A DNA stretch of 64,000 nt from Octopus vulgaris (GCA_951406725.2 OX597837.1:20522001-20586000); one strand, 5' to 3'; shown: positions 25,760-39,043, counted from the first letter of the stretch. The notes: generated by a model not told the origin, from the letters alone. A program made the numbers and translations.

Positions 25760-25800
<41 letters not shown>

Positions 25801-26358
25801 TATATATATATATATATATGATGATGATACATATATATACACACACACACACACAGCTGTGTGTGTGTGTGTGTAAAAGAGTTTAAGCACTTAAATACGT
25901 GTTCATATGTCTATACATGGAGATAGAATGTGTGTGGGTGTGATTTTTTTTTATTTTCTTTTGGTCTCAAATTTTTTTCAAATTTTTTTTTATTTCTTTG
26001 CATTGCTTTACGTCTCGTTTCATTTCATGTCATTTCTTTTCATTTGATTTATTAAATTTCATTTATATATTATCTTCTGCCTCAGCGTCTTCCATCGGCT
26101 CTCCTCATACCACTGCACCAATCTAATAACCATAGGAAATGCGCTAACCGACCGACCGACCGACCGACCTGCCGTGCAATGGCAATCAAGTTAGTTTCTT
26201 CTCAGTGAAATCATAGAAGTTTCAGGCTCAGTCACAGAAATATGGCTCTGCATATCTATCAGTCTCTGACTCTTTCACCCATTCTATCATCTCCGCTTTC
26301 CCTCAATTTCTCTCCGTCGTTCACTCTCTCTCTCTCTGTAGATGTGTGTGTGTGTGTG

Positions 26359-26410
<52 letters not shown>

Positions 26411-26880
26411 TGTATGTCTTTCTAACTACAGCGGTAAAGATGAAAAGATTTGGATGGACAATCAAGACAGGAGGCAGAATCAGACGGGTAGTGGGTGTAG
26501 GGGGTAGTGTAAGAAGGAAAGAAAAATCTGGGGGAGGAAGAGAGAGAGAGAGAGAGAGAGAGAACAGAAGCACAGACAGAAAGCAAGAGAGAGAGAGAGA
26601 GAAAGAGAAGGAGAGAGAGTAAGAGACATAATACAATTGCTACATGACCTTTGCAGCTAAATATAACTACTGCCACTATTACTACAAATAACAACAATAA
26701 CAATAATAATAATAATAATAACAACAACAACAACAAAAGGAAGAGGTTTGAATAGCTGAAGAGATTATATGTATCTTCACCATTCTTTTGCCCATTTTCC
26801 ATGCTGGCATGGGTAGGACAGTTTGAGAGGATTCTATGGGTGAGAGGAAAACATCTTGCTGAAATATATATATATATATA

Positions 26881-27242
26881 CTAGCAGTATCGCCCGGCGT
26901 TGCTCGGGTTTGTAAGGGAAATAACTATAAAGCATTTTTAGAGAGTTATAGCCCAAAAATAGCAAAAAAATTATGGTAAATTTTTTTTGAGAGTTAAAAA
27001 GGTCGAGTTGCGTCCCCTAGACAGTCTGTGGTTTGTGTTTCTGATTCTCGACCCCATGTCGAATTTATCGATTTTTTTCAGAACTGGGGGAACTTTTCAA
27101 AATTTTCGCTGGGTTAGTTTTGAATTATGACATTGGGCTATGTGTGTGTCAGGTTTCATCAGAATCGGTTGAAAGCCGTGGTCAGGGTGAGGGTACAACC
27201 TGACAGACACACAGACAAACTGCCGTTTATATATAGAGAAGA
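26881..27242 (-). mobile_element. Non-autonomous Helitron
   Basis: Minus strand reads A|TCTTCTCTATATATAAACGG ... hairpin CCCGAGCAACGCCGGG ... CTAG|T: 5'-TC, 3' hairpin plus CTAG, AT target and no TSD. Confidence 0.9.
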
Positions 27243-27271
27243 TATATATACACACACACACACACACATAC

Positions 27272-27660
27272 ATAGACATGGCTGTGTGGTAAGAAGCTTG
27301 CTTCCTAAACATATGGCTCCGGGTTCAGTCCCACAGCGAGGCACCTTGGCCAAGTGTCTTCTACTATAGCTTTGGGCCAACAAAAGTCTTATGAGTGGAT
27401 TTGGTAGAGGGAAACTGAAAGAAGCCTATTGTAGATGTATATATATCTATGTATGTGTCTGTGTGTTTGTCCCCAACTACCACTGCTTGACAACTGGTGT
27501 TTGTGTGTTTGCATCCCTGTAACTTAGCGGTTTGGCAAAAGAGACAGATAGCAATAAGTACCATGCTTAAAACCTAAGTCCTGGGTTGATTTGTTCAACT
27601 AAAAGTTCAAGGTGGTGCCCCAGTATGGCCAGTCTGATGATTGAAAAGTGTAAAAAAATA
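27272..27660 (+). mobile_element. SINE family A, full length
   Basis: TGGCTGTGTGGTAAG head, GGTTCAGTCC B-box and family 3' tail. Confidence 0.85.
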
Positions 27661-27719
27661 AAAAATATAAAATATACACATACATATATATAATTTACAT
27701 ACACATATATGCACATACA

Positions 27720-28233
<514 letters not shown>

Positions 28234-28821
28234 TAGACATGCATATAACCTTACCAGTTAAATATAAAGGTATTACTACTACTACCATCACCACCACCAT
28301 CACACAAACAACAACATCAACAACAGTGATACAAACAACTTCAATAGTGATGGTAGAACAGTCTTCATTCCAAGTGAAGCTATAACTAGAACAGCAACAA
28401 CAGAAACAGAACTGTAACAACAACAACAACAACAACAGCAGCAGCAGCAGCAGCAGAAAATAATAAGAAAGAATTACTTGGAAGACAGAAGACGGGAGGC
28501 ATGAGACAGAGGACTGAAGAAGACGGATGAAGAACAGAAGATTGAAGGAAAAAGGAAAGAGAAGACGAAGATGGAAGACAAGAATGAGAAGGATGGAAAA
28601 GAGGAAGAGGAGAGGAGGAGAAGTAGAAGGAGTGAAACTCATTTATGCATAAATCAATGATTTAATTATGAGGAAAACTAGTTCTAGGAAAAAAAGAGAA
28701 AAAAAAGAATTCCTCCATTGATATGAAGAATTATTTTCTGAAGACCTATTCCATCCTCACCCCTTTCCGTTTTATTCCATTAATTCACCACACTTCCTAT
28801 TCCCCTTCTCTATCATCATCA

Positions 28822-28863
<42 letters not shown>

Positions 28864-29030
28864 GCATCAGCATCGTCATTCCCCTGTCCAGTGTGAAGAG
28901 AATGGTCTTTGCCATTGCAGTGATGGAAACATAAGGGTTTGGCAGCAGAAAATAGATGCTATCTGTTCCTGCACTCTATTCCTGCATTTGCACAGCAGAA
29001 TACCAGAACGATCAGATAATAATAATAATG

Positions 29031-29077
<47 letters not shown>

Positions 29078-29426
29078 CCAGACATTTAGTCCAACAACAA
29101 TTGCTCTAATAAGTCTTCCAGTCCCCCATCCCTAATAATAATAATAATCACAACTGTTTTCGCATTATTATTATTATTATCATTATTATTATTATTATGG
29201 TGGCAAGCTGGCAGAATCATTAGAATGCCAAGAAAAAAAAAATGCTTTATGGCCTTACTTCCAGCTTTTTACATTCCAAGTTCCAAAGGCACTGAGGTCG
29301 ATCTTGCCTTTCATCCTGTTTGGGTTGATAACATAAGTACCATTTGTGCTTTAGGGGCACCGCCCACCAACAAACAATTTCAGGCTTTGTGCTCATAGCA
29401 GAAAGGATGATGATGATGATTATTAC

Positions 29427-29471
<45 letters not shown>

Positions 29472-29478
29472 CATTTTT

Positions 29479-29513
<35 letters not shown>

Positions 29514-29713
29514 TAAGGTAGCAAACTGGTAGAATCATTAGCGTGCCATGCAAAATGTTTGCGGTATTTCACCCATCTTTTCATTCTGAGTTCAAATTCC
29601 ACCTAGGTCAACTTTGCCTTTCATCTTTTCATTTTGTTTTCGTACTGAAAAACACCCTTCAGATCACTCATAAGTTTATTTTGTTTAACTGTATTTTAAC
29701 AAAAATATTTCAT

Positions 29714-30122
29714 AGGTGCAGGAGTGGCTGTGTGGTAAGCAGCTTGCTTACCAACAACATGGTCCTGGGTTCAGTCCCACTGCGTGGTACCTTGGGCAAG
29801 TGTCTTCTACTATAGCCTCAGCCCAACCAAAGTGGATTTGGTGGACGGAAACTGGAAGAAGCCCATCGTATGTATATATATATATATACATATATATATG
29901 TATGTATAATGTTTGTGTGTCTGTGTTTGTCTCCCACAACATCGCTTGACAACCGATGCTGGTGCGTTTATGTCCCCGTAACTTAGCAGCTCAGCAAAAG
30001 TGACTGATAGAATAAGTACTAGGCTTACAAAGAATAAGCACTGGGGTCGATTTGCTCGACTAAAGACAGTACTCCAGCATGGCCACAGTCAAATGACTGA
30101 AACAAGTAATAGAATAAAAGAA
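29714..30122 (+). mobile_element. SINE family A, full length
   Basis: AGGTGCAGGAGTGGCTGTGTGGTAAG ... TGACTGAAACAAGTAA. Confidence 0.9.
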
Positions 30123-30213
30123 TATTATTTTGTTACCAAACTGATTAAGATTTGGAATAAATGTAATTTTCCTCCCCCTTCTCCTGAAATTGCTGGCTTT
30201 GTGCCAAAATTAC

Positions 30214-30257
<44 letters not shown>

Positions 30258-30258
<1 letters not shown>

Positions 30259-30472
30259 GGCAGTGAGCTGACAGAATTGATAGCATGCTGGGTGAAGTGC
30301 TTAGAAGTATTTAATCCCTCTTTACATTCTGAGATCAAATTCCACTGAGGTCAACTTTGCATTTGACCCCATTCAGGATCAATAAAATAAGTACCAGTAG
30401 AATACTGAGGTTGATGTAACTAACTTATCCTGTGCCCCAAATTTGCTGGCCATGTGCCAAAATTGGAAAACA
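30258..30472 (+). mobile_element. SINE family B, CpG-decayed
   Basis: GGCAGTGAGCTGACAGAA head and AATAAAATAAGTACCAG body. Confidence 0.75.
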
Positions 30473-31240
30473 ATTTATGTTTATTATTATAATTATTATT
30501 GTTTTTATTAGCAACAGCAGCACAAGTAGTATTTTGTCTTTGTTCTGAAAAACGCCTTTCAGGTCACTCATAAGTTTATTTTGATTAACCGTGTTTTAAC
30601 AAAAAAACCTGGTTAAGAGGCTTCTGAATACCTAATCTCCAATACTTAAACGGCTGTCCTTACAATAGTTAGTATTAGTTCTATCTTCAAGAACTGGATT
30701 GTCACAGGTCAAGTGTGGGGGAATGCACTGTTGCTGCACATGGCTGCATTTGCCACTTATCAGTATATTCCCAAGTCCTCCTGTGTGACGCATTGGGCAG
30801 AGTTCCAGTCAGTCCCCATCCCTGCGGAGTATCTCCTCATCTGGAATGTGGTGGACCAACATGACCAACCCAGCTAGATCATTAGTGAAGAAAACATGGC
30901 AAGCAGGGTCTAACTCAGAAAATTGACCATTGTGGCCAAACAGTCTGAGCTGACACTCCTAAATAATACAAGAAACAGGATGCATCCTAGTTTCTAAGTA
31001 GAGAAACATCTGTCAGTGGCTAGAATGATTGGCCACAGATCAGAACCACTGCAATCCATCAAGGTTATTTCATACCATCTCTTTGGTATGTACTGACTCT
31101 CAAACCACTACTGTAGAGAGTTGATGAGCATCCTGTGTGAACTAGGATGTAAAAAATCAGTCAACATATAAGATGGTATATTATTATCTTTAAATCTCAC
31201 AACGAGAGATATTCAACAACAGTAATTTGTAGTAAAGACT

Positions 31241-31417
31241 GTTTGCCAACATAACATGGCAGATATTGTTTTGAGCTGACTGGGGATGCTAGACTCCCTT
31301 GTTCGAAAATATAAGGACACAGATCGTGCCGTATAGCCAGCTGGAGACGATGTCTCCTGGGGCTAAATTACAGCAACATTCATCTTAAACCAGGACTGCC
31401 ATGTTATGTTGGCAAAC
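31241..31417. repeat. Short element bounded by a perfect 22-bp inverted repeat
   Basis: GTTTGCCAACATAACATGGCAG (31241-31262) and its reverse complement (31396-31417). Confidence 0.75.
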
Positions 31418-31439
31418 GTAACACCAAATTAGTGCCAGA

Positions 31440-32110
31440 CACCAAACACATTTAGGTGATTGGTACTGTTCCAAGGAGTTCAAGGCAATAAGAGGAGCAG
31501 AAATCAACCATGAAAAGTCAATGGGGCTCGCAGCTTCACAGCTTGACAGACAGGTTCATACCATCCAACAACACCATGGAGGTCCGGATAGCAGCATGCA
31601 AGCCTGGACAGCACCATGGCAGTCAAGACAGACAGGTTCAGGTTACCCAATGGCCCTACAGAGATCTAGACAAACCAGTTCAATAGCTTAGGATCTGACT
31701 TAGTCTCAATCTCTCAGTGGAGAAGTGGAATGAGGTGACAGAGTAAGGTGGCCAGTCTTGCATGGAAATATGTTGAGAGAAAACAATCCCTAAAAGGTCA
31801 GGCAGTGGTTGCTAATGTCCACACTGCATCCATCATCTATCACCACTTGACCATTGTGTCTTGATCCAGTTCATGTCAGACCTGACTGACCTCTCTGCTC
31901 TTGTTTTTTTTTTTTGGTGGGGAATGAATGCATTCCACTGGTTAAGTACTCCATTTGCTGTCAATACCTACTACCTGCAGGAATGGCCATCTGGTACTGA
32001 TGAAACACAGTCATGTGACATCTCCAGCAATTCCTTGGCGACTTGTGGTCATTGGCTGCTAAGTATTTTTTTCTCCAGCCTGTATCACTGACAGAGCAGC
32101 AGCCCTGGTT
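31440..32110 (+). mobile_element. Decayed Tx1/L1-clade LINE ORF2 fragment
   Basis: SKEFKAIRGAEINHEKSMGL (G..IN..KS motif, about 31470) and ERKQSLKGQAVVANVHTASIIYHHL (LS..GR..V.N....S..Y motif, about 31775). Confidence 0.7.
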
Positions 32111-32275
32111 CAAGTGAAGACAGACACAAAGCACCCAAAACATACACGGGCACAAAAAATGTATGCATACATATCCATTGTCTTAAAAATATTACAATAA
32201 ACTATTATACACACACACATAGATGAATATAGATGTTTGTGTATGTGTATATGTGTACATGTATGTATGAGTATA

Positions 32276-32311
<36 letters not shown>

Positions 32312-32316
<5 letters not shown>

Positions 32317-32668
32317 TGAAATAGAAAGATGAATAATCTTGTTGCAGATTAATCAAAAGTTTAACCGATACCTTGGTAGCAAAAATCACAGCAGAAGACA
32401 GCACGGTTGGAGGTACAACCATATGGTGTTGCAACCGTGCGTTGGTGCGGATAATTGAATTTTAATATTATTAGTGAATTGAAGAAATGGAGTTGAACGA
32501 AGATTGAACAGAAATCGTTTTATTGCATTCTACACGTGTTTCGAAAGGCACAATTTACCAAATTCCGATTGAATAAGGAGACCATATTGTGTCTTTCTCT
32601 TCAGGAAGAAATAGGAAATCCGTTGGAAATTCGTTCAACTCCATTTCTTCAATTCACTAATAATATTA
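32312..32668 (-). mobile_element. Penelope-like pLTR with inverted 39-bp copy, inserted in (TA)n
   Basis: Perfect inverted repeat 32463-32501 / 32630-32668; hammerhead followed by AATAAA on the minus strand; (TA)n on both flanks. Confidence 0.75.
32528..32607 (-). ncRNA. Type-I hammerhead ribozyme with intact core
   Basis: Minus strand reads TTC-CTGAAGA-GAAAGACACAAT-loop-ATTGTGCCTTTC-GAAAC-ACGT-GTA-GAA: stem II pairs 11/12, stem III is palindromic (ACACGTGT) and the triplet is GUA. Confidence 0.85.
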
Positions 32669-32887
32669 TATATATATATATATATATTTTATATTTTATC
32701 TAGTTTCAGCTCACGAGCTTTGGCCATTCTGGGGCACCGCCATTCAGTGTTGCTACATGATTTTACTTCACGGATGCTTTTTAGCAATTGCCATTTGGTG
32801 CATGAGAGAGTTTGATGCAGCTGCCCTCATCTGCACCTCCTGCCGTGAAGTTGGTTCATCTGGGACACCTGACAGGAAGAGATCCAG

Positions 32888-32896
<9 letters not shown>

Positions 32897-32924
<28 letters not shown>

Positions 32925-33202
32925 TGTATGTATGTATGTATGTATGTATGTATGTATGTATGTATGTATGTATGTATGTATGTATGTATGTATGTATGTA
33001 TGTATGCATGTATGTATGTATGTATGTGTGTATGTATGTATGTATGTATGTATGTATGTATGTATGTATGTATGTATGTATGTAGTATGTATGTATGTAT
33101 GTATGTATGTATGTATGTATGTATGTATGTATGTATGTATGTATGTATGTATGTACGTATGTATGTTTGTATGTATGTATGTATGTATGTTTGTATGTAT
33201 GT
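32897..33202. repeat. (TATG)n tetranucleotide microsatellite
   Basis: Directly visible, about 300 bp. Confidence 0.95.
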
Positions 33203-33446
33203 AATTATGTTTCATTTGCCAAAAGGTTTGCAAGGCACCAGCTGGCCTCAAGAGACACATTCATGTCCATAGAATACGATTAATGCTTTATTTTACTGAA
33301 CCTTCATTTGTCATTCATGAGTGAATCCCTCATCAACATATCAAAAGTGTGTGTGTGTGTGTGTAAGTATAATACATGTGCACACACACATCATTTAGCA
33401 TCCACTTTCCATGTTGACATGTGTGTGTATATATATATATATATAG

Positions 33447-33487
<41 letters not shown>

Positions 33488-34154
33488 TGGAGAGATAGAC
33501 TGATACATAGATATATGGATGTAATTTTAAAGTCATCATAAGTGAAATAAGCATAATGTTTGAAACTCCTCACCTTCTCCCTCTTTCTCTCTCCTTCCCT
33601 CTCTCGTGCATGCATGTGTGTGTGTGTGTGTGTGTGAATAAATATATACAAATTTGGAAAAATAAGCAATAGGTAAATAATAATGTAATACAAAAAAATA
33701 TTAGTCTCCTGTCACAATCCTCATTGTTATTTTTATAATCACTAATATTATTATTATTATTATAAGTATAATGAGTGTTAATGGTAGTATTAGCGAATTC
33801 ATTATTACCATCGTTAATTTTAAAAGACTCATCATGATATACTAGTTATTATTATTATTATTATTGATTTTGTATATTCCATGTGGAACAAAAAACAAAA
33901 AGAGAAGCATTAAAATATGGTATAAATAGATAATGAAATAAACAATAAATTCACAAAATTAAGTAAAATAATTAAATAAAATAATGAGATAAAAAAATAT
34001 TTCTCAGAAATCTATCAAAGAATTTCAAAACAAAAAAAAAAACATTAAAAACAGGTAAAAATTACAAAATGCAAAACAAATATTGTGAACTAACAAAAAC
34101 AACAGCAGACAAAAACAACTGCTATTAAAATAAAGACTAATCAGAAGAAAATTA

Positions 34155-34219
<65 letters not shown>

Positions 34220-34708
34220 TAATAATAATAAAACAGTATTAAACAAATGCTTTTATTTAATTTTTTTTTTCTCTGATATTTAAATTTAAAAAACTAAAAA
34301 AAATCTTTACATGAGGGAGGGAGGGCGCAAATGGAAAGTGAAAATAAAAACAAGTCCAAAGAAATATTAATTAAAGAAAAAAGTGAAATAGTTGCAGTAA
34401 TTAGACAGACGCCATTAGGAACACCTTTAGACCAACCAACAACAACATAAACAGCAACAACATTAGTATACAAGTATATGGAAAAAATCATTGAAAAACA
34501 CACTAAAGACTCTCTCTAAAGAAAGTTGCCATATCCCATAGAAATAAATGAGAAGATTGATAAACTGATGAATGAATAATGCCAATGTTGAGCATTATGG
34601 AATATCAAAATATCTCAGTTCAAAATATGTAGAAATTAGTTTGGTTAAGAGAAAGGTTGTGCGAATGTACAGAGACTTATACAATAATAAACATACATGT
34701 GTGCATGT

Positions 34709-34871
34709 TAAGTTTTTTTTTCATTCTCTCTGTTTATTTTCTCTTACTCCTTTTTTGTTGAAGAGCATGGGCTCGAATAAAAGACTTTTCCATTTTCCCC
34801 GAGTGTCAAACTAATATACTTGCTTGTTGTTCATACACCTGTCTTCATCTTTTTTTTTCTCTATAGATTTC

Positions 34872-34878
<7 letters not shown>
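34709..34878 (+). mobile_element. Penelope-like pLTR fragment with degenerate hammerhead
   Basis: TTTTGTTGAAGAGCATGGGCTCGAA-TAAAAGAC; homologous to 14410-14617; ends in (TA)n. Confidence 0.6.
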
Positions 34879-34908
<30 letters not shown>

Positions 34909-35043
34909 CGCATGCAAACTCACATATAGACAAGTATATATTGACTCTGAATAACAGTGGCACACTATACAAGCTTGTGCAACCACAGTATTTTCAGAGG
35001 CATGAAACTAACTGTAGTTAGCATTTAAATTTTGAGTATATTA

Positions 35044-35093
<50 letters not shown>

Positions 35094-35864
35094 ACACGCA
35101 CATATCAATGCCTATATATATATTAGTCTTGGGTATGACTTCAAACATCATCTGGTAGTGGGGCCCTGGTTTGGGAGTTCCACAGTTTTGAGGAAACACC
35201 TCTTGGCCACTTTTATTCCCAGGTCTTCTCTGACCCAGAGCAGTAGCACCTGTCAAGGTTCCAGCTATGGGTTAATTAACATGTCATGGAATTGCTTCTA
35301 GGAGGTCACTCAGACACCCCCAATGCATCTAGGGCAGATGAAGACCTTCAGCTCTTTAGCTGCTCGTCTAGGACAAAGTTGCCCCATACATGTCCTGCAT
35401 CCTGATAACTACAGGACTTAAGACATTTGTTCCACCACACCAGTACAAGACAAATCTGAAGGGCAAGAGCATGAGCGGGACTGGCCCTGCACAAACCATG
35501 CCCCCAATAACAATAATGTGGAGAAATTTACTGAGCATTTAAATAGGGCTAAGCGAATAAACCTATATAGAAAATCCACAGGGAGGAACCCCAAAGCAGA
35601 TATTCACTGTTATACTTAACCAATACTTGACATTCCCTGTGGTGCCAAAGATGCTGCAAATGCATAGACTTGTCTTTCCTTCTTGTTGAGTAGAGAGAAG
35701 GTTTGCATATTTGGGGCAAGGGACTCACTTTTGGAGACAGACCAAGTACAACAGAGATGCTGCAATAGTGTTGACAATGAAAAAGGCCAGCTGTGTATAT
35801 AAATATATATTTAAAAAGGTTTTGCGGCTTATATATATATATAACCAAGAAACTTATTTATTTT

Positions 35865-36175
35865 TATTTATGCGCCCTTTTTCAAGCCTAGCCAGGTTCA
35901 TGGGCCCGGTGTCCCAGTTTCTATGGCATATGTATTCCCCCCAGCTCAACGGGATGCCAGTCCATCACAGCATTACTCAAGAAGCAGGAAGAAAGAGTGA
36001 GAGAAAGTTGGGGCGAAAGAGTACAACAGGGGTCGCCACCGCCCCCTGCCGGAGCCTCGTGGAGCTTTAGGTGTTTTCGCTCAATAAACACACACAATGC
36101 CCGGTCTGGGAATTGAAACTACAATCCTCCAACAGTGAGTCCACTGCCCTAACCACTGAGCCATTGCACCTCCAC
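35865..36175 (-). mobile_element. SINE family D variant
   Basis: Minus strand has GTGGAGGTGCAATGGCTCAGTGG, GTTTCAATTCC and GATGGACTGGCATCCCGT. Confidence 0.75.
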
Positions 36176-36309
36176 AACCAAGAAACTTCTCAACAAAAAC
36201 CTGTTTGTCCCTCTCTCCACTTTCTTTCATATTTTAACCCCTCATCTCTGTACATATCCCCACAGGTTCTGTAGCTTTGTGTGCAGAACAGCAACCTCAA
36301 TAGTCTAGT

Positions 36310-36490
36310 AACATGAAAAAAGGCACCCAGTACACATTGTAAAATGATTGGAGTCAGGAAGGGCATCCAGCTGTAGAAACCAAACCAAAGATTCTGGAGC
36401 ACAATGTGGTCCTTGGACCCATCTGACCCTGTCAGAACAACCAACTTATGTCAGTATGGAAGAGAGGGGTTAAGTGATGATACTGACATT
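36310..36490 (+). mobile_element. SINE family C fragment
   Basis: GTCAGGAAGGGCATCCAGCTGTAGAAAC. Confidence 0.7.
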
Positions 36491-36578
36491 GATGATATGT
36501 ATGTTTATATAAATTTTATATTGATAATAAAGGGACTTGGTAATGATCCTGAATGCCTAAACTTGTGCATGTGTGTGC

Positions 36579-36609
<31 letters not shown>

Positions 36610-37263
36610 TGTATGTATGTATGTATGTATGTGTGCATATTAGAGCATATGTGTGTGTGTGTATGAACATATGTACACTGCTAAGATGTCCATGATAACA
36701 TTGTACTGTTAGTGTTCTTTGTCTAAACACTGTTATAGTTCATCTAATGGTGGTAGTGGTACTGATGGTGGTGATGGTGTTGATGGTGATACTGCTGCAT
36801 ATCAGTAGAATGCGCCAACAATGGTAGTCATTTGGTATTATGCAGCAGATAACAGTGGATTATAAATTTGGTGATAGCACCACTGGATTAAACTCTTAAC
36901 AGAACATATTCTATAATTAATGCTGTCATCACACACCACCATCACCCCCACTACAACTGCACCACCTCACCATCACAACATACAAACGGGAAGCTTTCAT
37001 AGAAACAGGATTGACATCAATAGAATTTAAATACATAGATATTACCAGACCCACACACACACATATATAAATATATCATCATCATCATCATCATCATCAT
37101 TTAACATCTGCCTTCCATGCTGGCATGGGTGGGATGGTTTTGACAGGAGCTGGCAAGTCTTAGGACTGCACCAAGCTTTACTGTCCATTTTGGCAGGGTT
37201 TTTAAAGTTGGATGCCCTTCCCAACACCAATACACATATAGATGCACACACACACACACACAT

Positions 37264-37613
37264 ACATATATTGTTATATTTCGGGATAAATAAATACAGG
37301 CACTATATATTTGTTCTTCATTCATTTATTAATGTTCTTATTCTAACTTATGTGTCCATTGTCCGAAAATCTTGTCATACATCCGTGACCACTTCCAGTG
37401 AGAATGAACACAGCGGAGCAAGAGCACACATGAGGACGGAAAGTGTCACTGAAGAGGTCACAGACGTGTGAGAAAAGATTCCCAGACAATAGACAAGAGT
37501 TAAGAACAGTAATAGATAAGTGAAGAACAAATATATAGTTGCATGTGTTTATATGGCAAAAACAAAAAAAGAGTGTGAAAACAATGACCATCCCAAAAAA
37601 CAACAATATCTGT
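37264..37613. mobile_element. Foldback of two inverted pLTR-like arms with a degenerate hammerhead
   Basis: Arms 37290-37401 and 37446-37552 are imperfect reverse complements extending to 37264/37613. The right arm has TGTCA-CTGAAGA-GGTCACA..TGTGA-GAAA. Confidence 0.7.
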
Positions 37614-37658
37614 TTCAACACACAGTTTCACATCAGAAAATTCCAACACAAATTCATA

Positions 37659-37694
<36 letters not shown>

Positions 37695-37695
<1 letters not shown>

Positions 37696-38064
37696 GAGCA
37701 AAACGCACTCCGTCCAATGGACGGTGCTGAATTGTCAAACATTTAAACCAAATTTTCTCAAAACAACTTGTCCGACCGTCCCATAGGCCTCCCCTTTGAG
37801 AAACACTGACTTAACCTAAATTTGAGACACCAGCAAAAGAAGAAATAAACATAGACTTTTTTTTCTATTCTAAAGAAAAATGATTTCTCATGGCTTATTC
37901 GATCGCATTCTCACCTGGAATCGATTTTTGTAATTTTATCAAAACTTATACACGCCCTGATACCATCGGTATCTACATATCAAATTTGAGTGCAATCCGA
38001 TGGGGGATGCCCGAGATCCTAGAAGCCACAGAAACATACCGACAGACAGAATGGATTTTATATA

Positions 38065-38067
<3 letters not shown>
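37695..38067 (-). mobile_element. Non-autonomous Helitron (second family)
   Basis: Minus strand reads A|TCTTATATAAAATCC ... hairpin GCACCGTCC-ATT-GGACGGAGTGC ... CTCG|T, inserted in (TA)n. Confidence 0.75.
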
Positions 38068-38105
<38 letters not shown>

Positions 38106-38665
38106 TACATACAGACATTATATATAACTACAAATAGATACACACCCAAATATACACAAATACATCACATGTATACATACATGTCAACTTATATATACAC
38201 TCATCACCATCATCATTTAACGACCGTTTTCTATGCTAACATGGGTCGAAGAGTTTGACAGGCTCTGGCAAGTCAGAAAACTGTCAGGCTGCATTGCCTC
38301 TTTGAATCCTGCAAATATTTACCAATATTCAGAAATACCGTTTTGTGTTTGTGTGCGTGAGTGTATGGATGTGTATTGCATGTGTGTTATTGTTTCTATG
38401 GGTGTGTATGTGTGTGCAGAAGCTTTATAAGTACAACGCATTACTGACATATATATATATACATAGAGAACATGGCATCTGCACTGAGTGTACTCACTGA
38501 CACAGAAACAAACACACACACACACAAACACTCACAGCACTTGACACATATATAATAACAGTATATTAGGCCAGAAACCACATACACACACACACACACA
38601 TATAGTGTATATATCAGTATGTATTTATAAATAAACATATTTATAAATTTAAATGAAATATGTAT

Positions 38666-39043
38666 GTATGGCTGTGTGGTAAGAAACTTGCTTCCCAACC
38701 ACATGGTTCCAGGCTCAGTCCTACTGCATGGCACTTTGGGCAAGTGTCATCTACTTTAGCCTTAGATCAACCAAGGCCTTGTGAATGGATTTGGCAGACA
38801 GAAACTGAAAGAAGGCCATTGTGTGTATATATATATATATGTATATATTTATATGTGTGTGTATGTGTTAGACACCCACCACTACCACCACCATCACTTG
38901 ACAACCAATGTAGGTGTGCTTATGTCCCTGCACCAGGCTAACAAAGAATAAGTCCATGGTTTGATTTCTTTGACTAAAAGGCAGTGCTCCAGCATGGCCG
39001 CAGTCAACTGAATGAAACAAGTAAAAGAAAAAGAATAAAAGAA
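38666..39043 (+). mobile_element. SINE family A
   Basis: TGGCTGTGTGGTAAG head and CTCCAGCATGGCCGCAGTC tail. Confidence 0.85.

Noticed and set aside
35128-35280. Fragment resembling another mollusc SINE body
   Set aside because: Single diverged copy without a head; the family assignment cannot be verified here.
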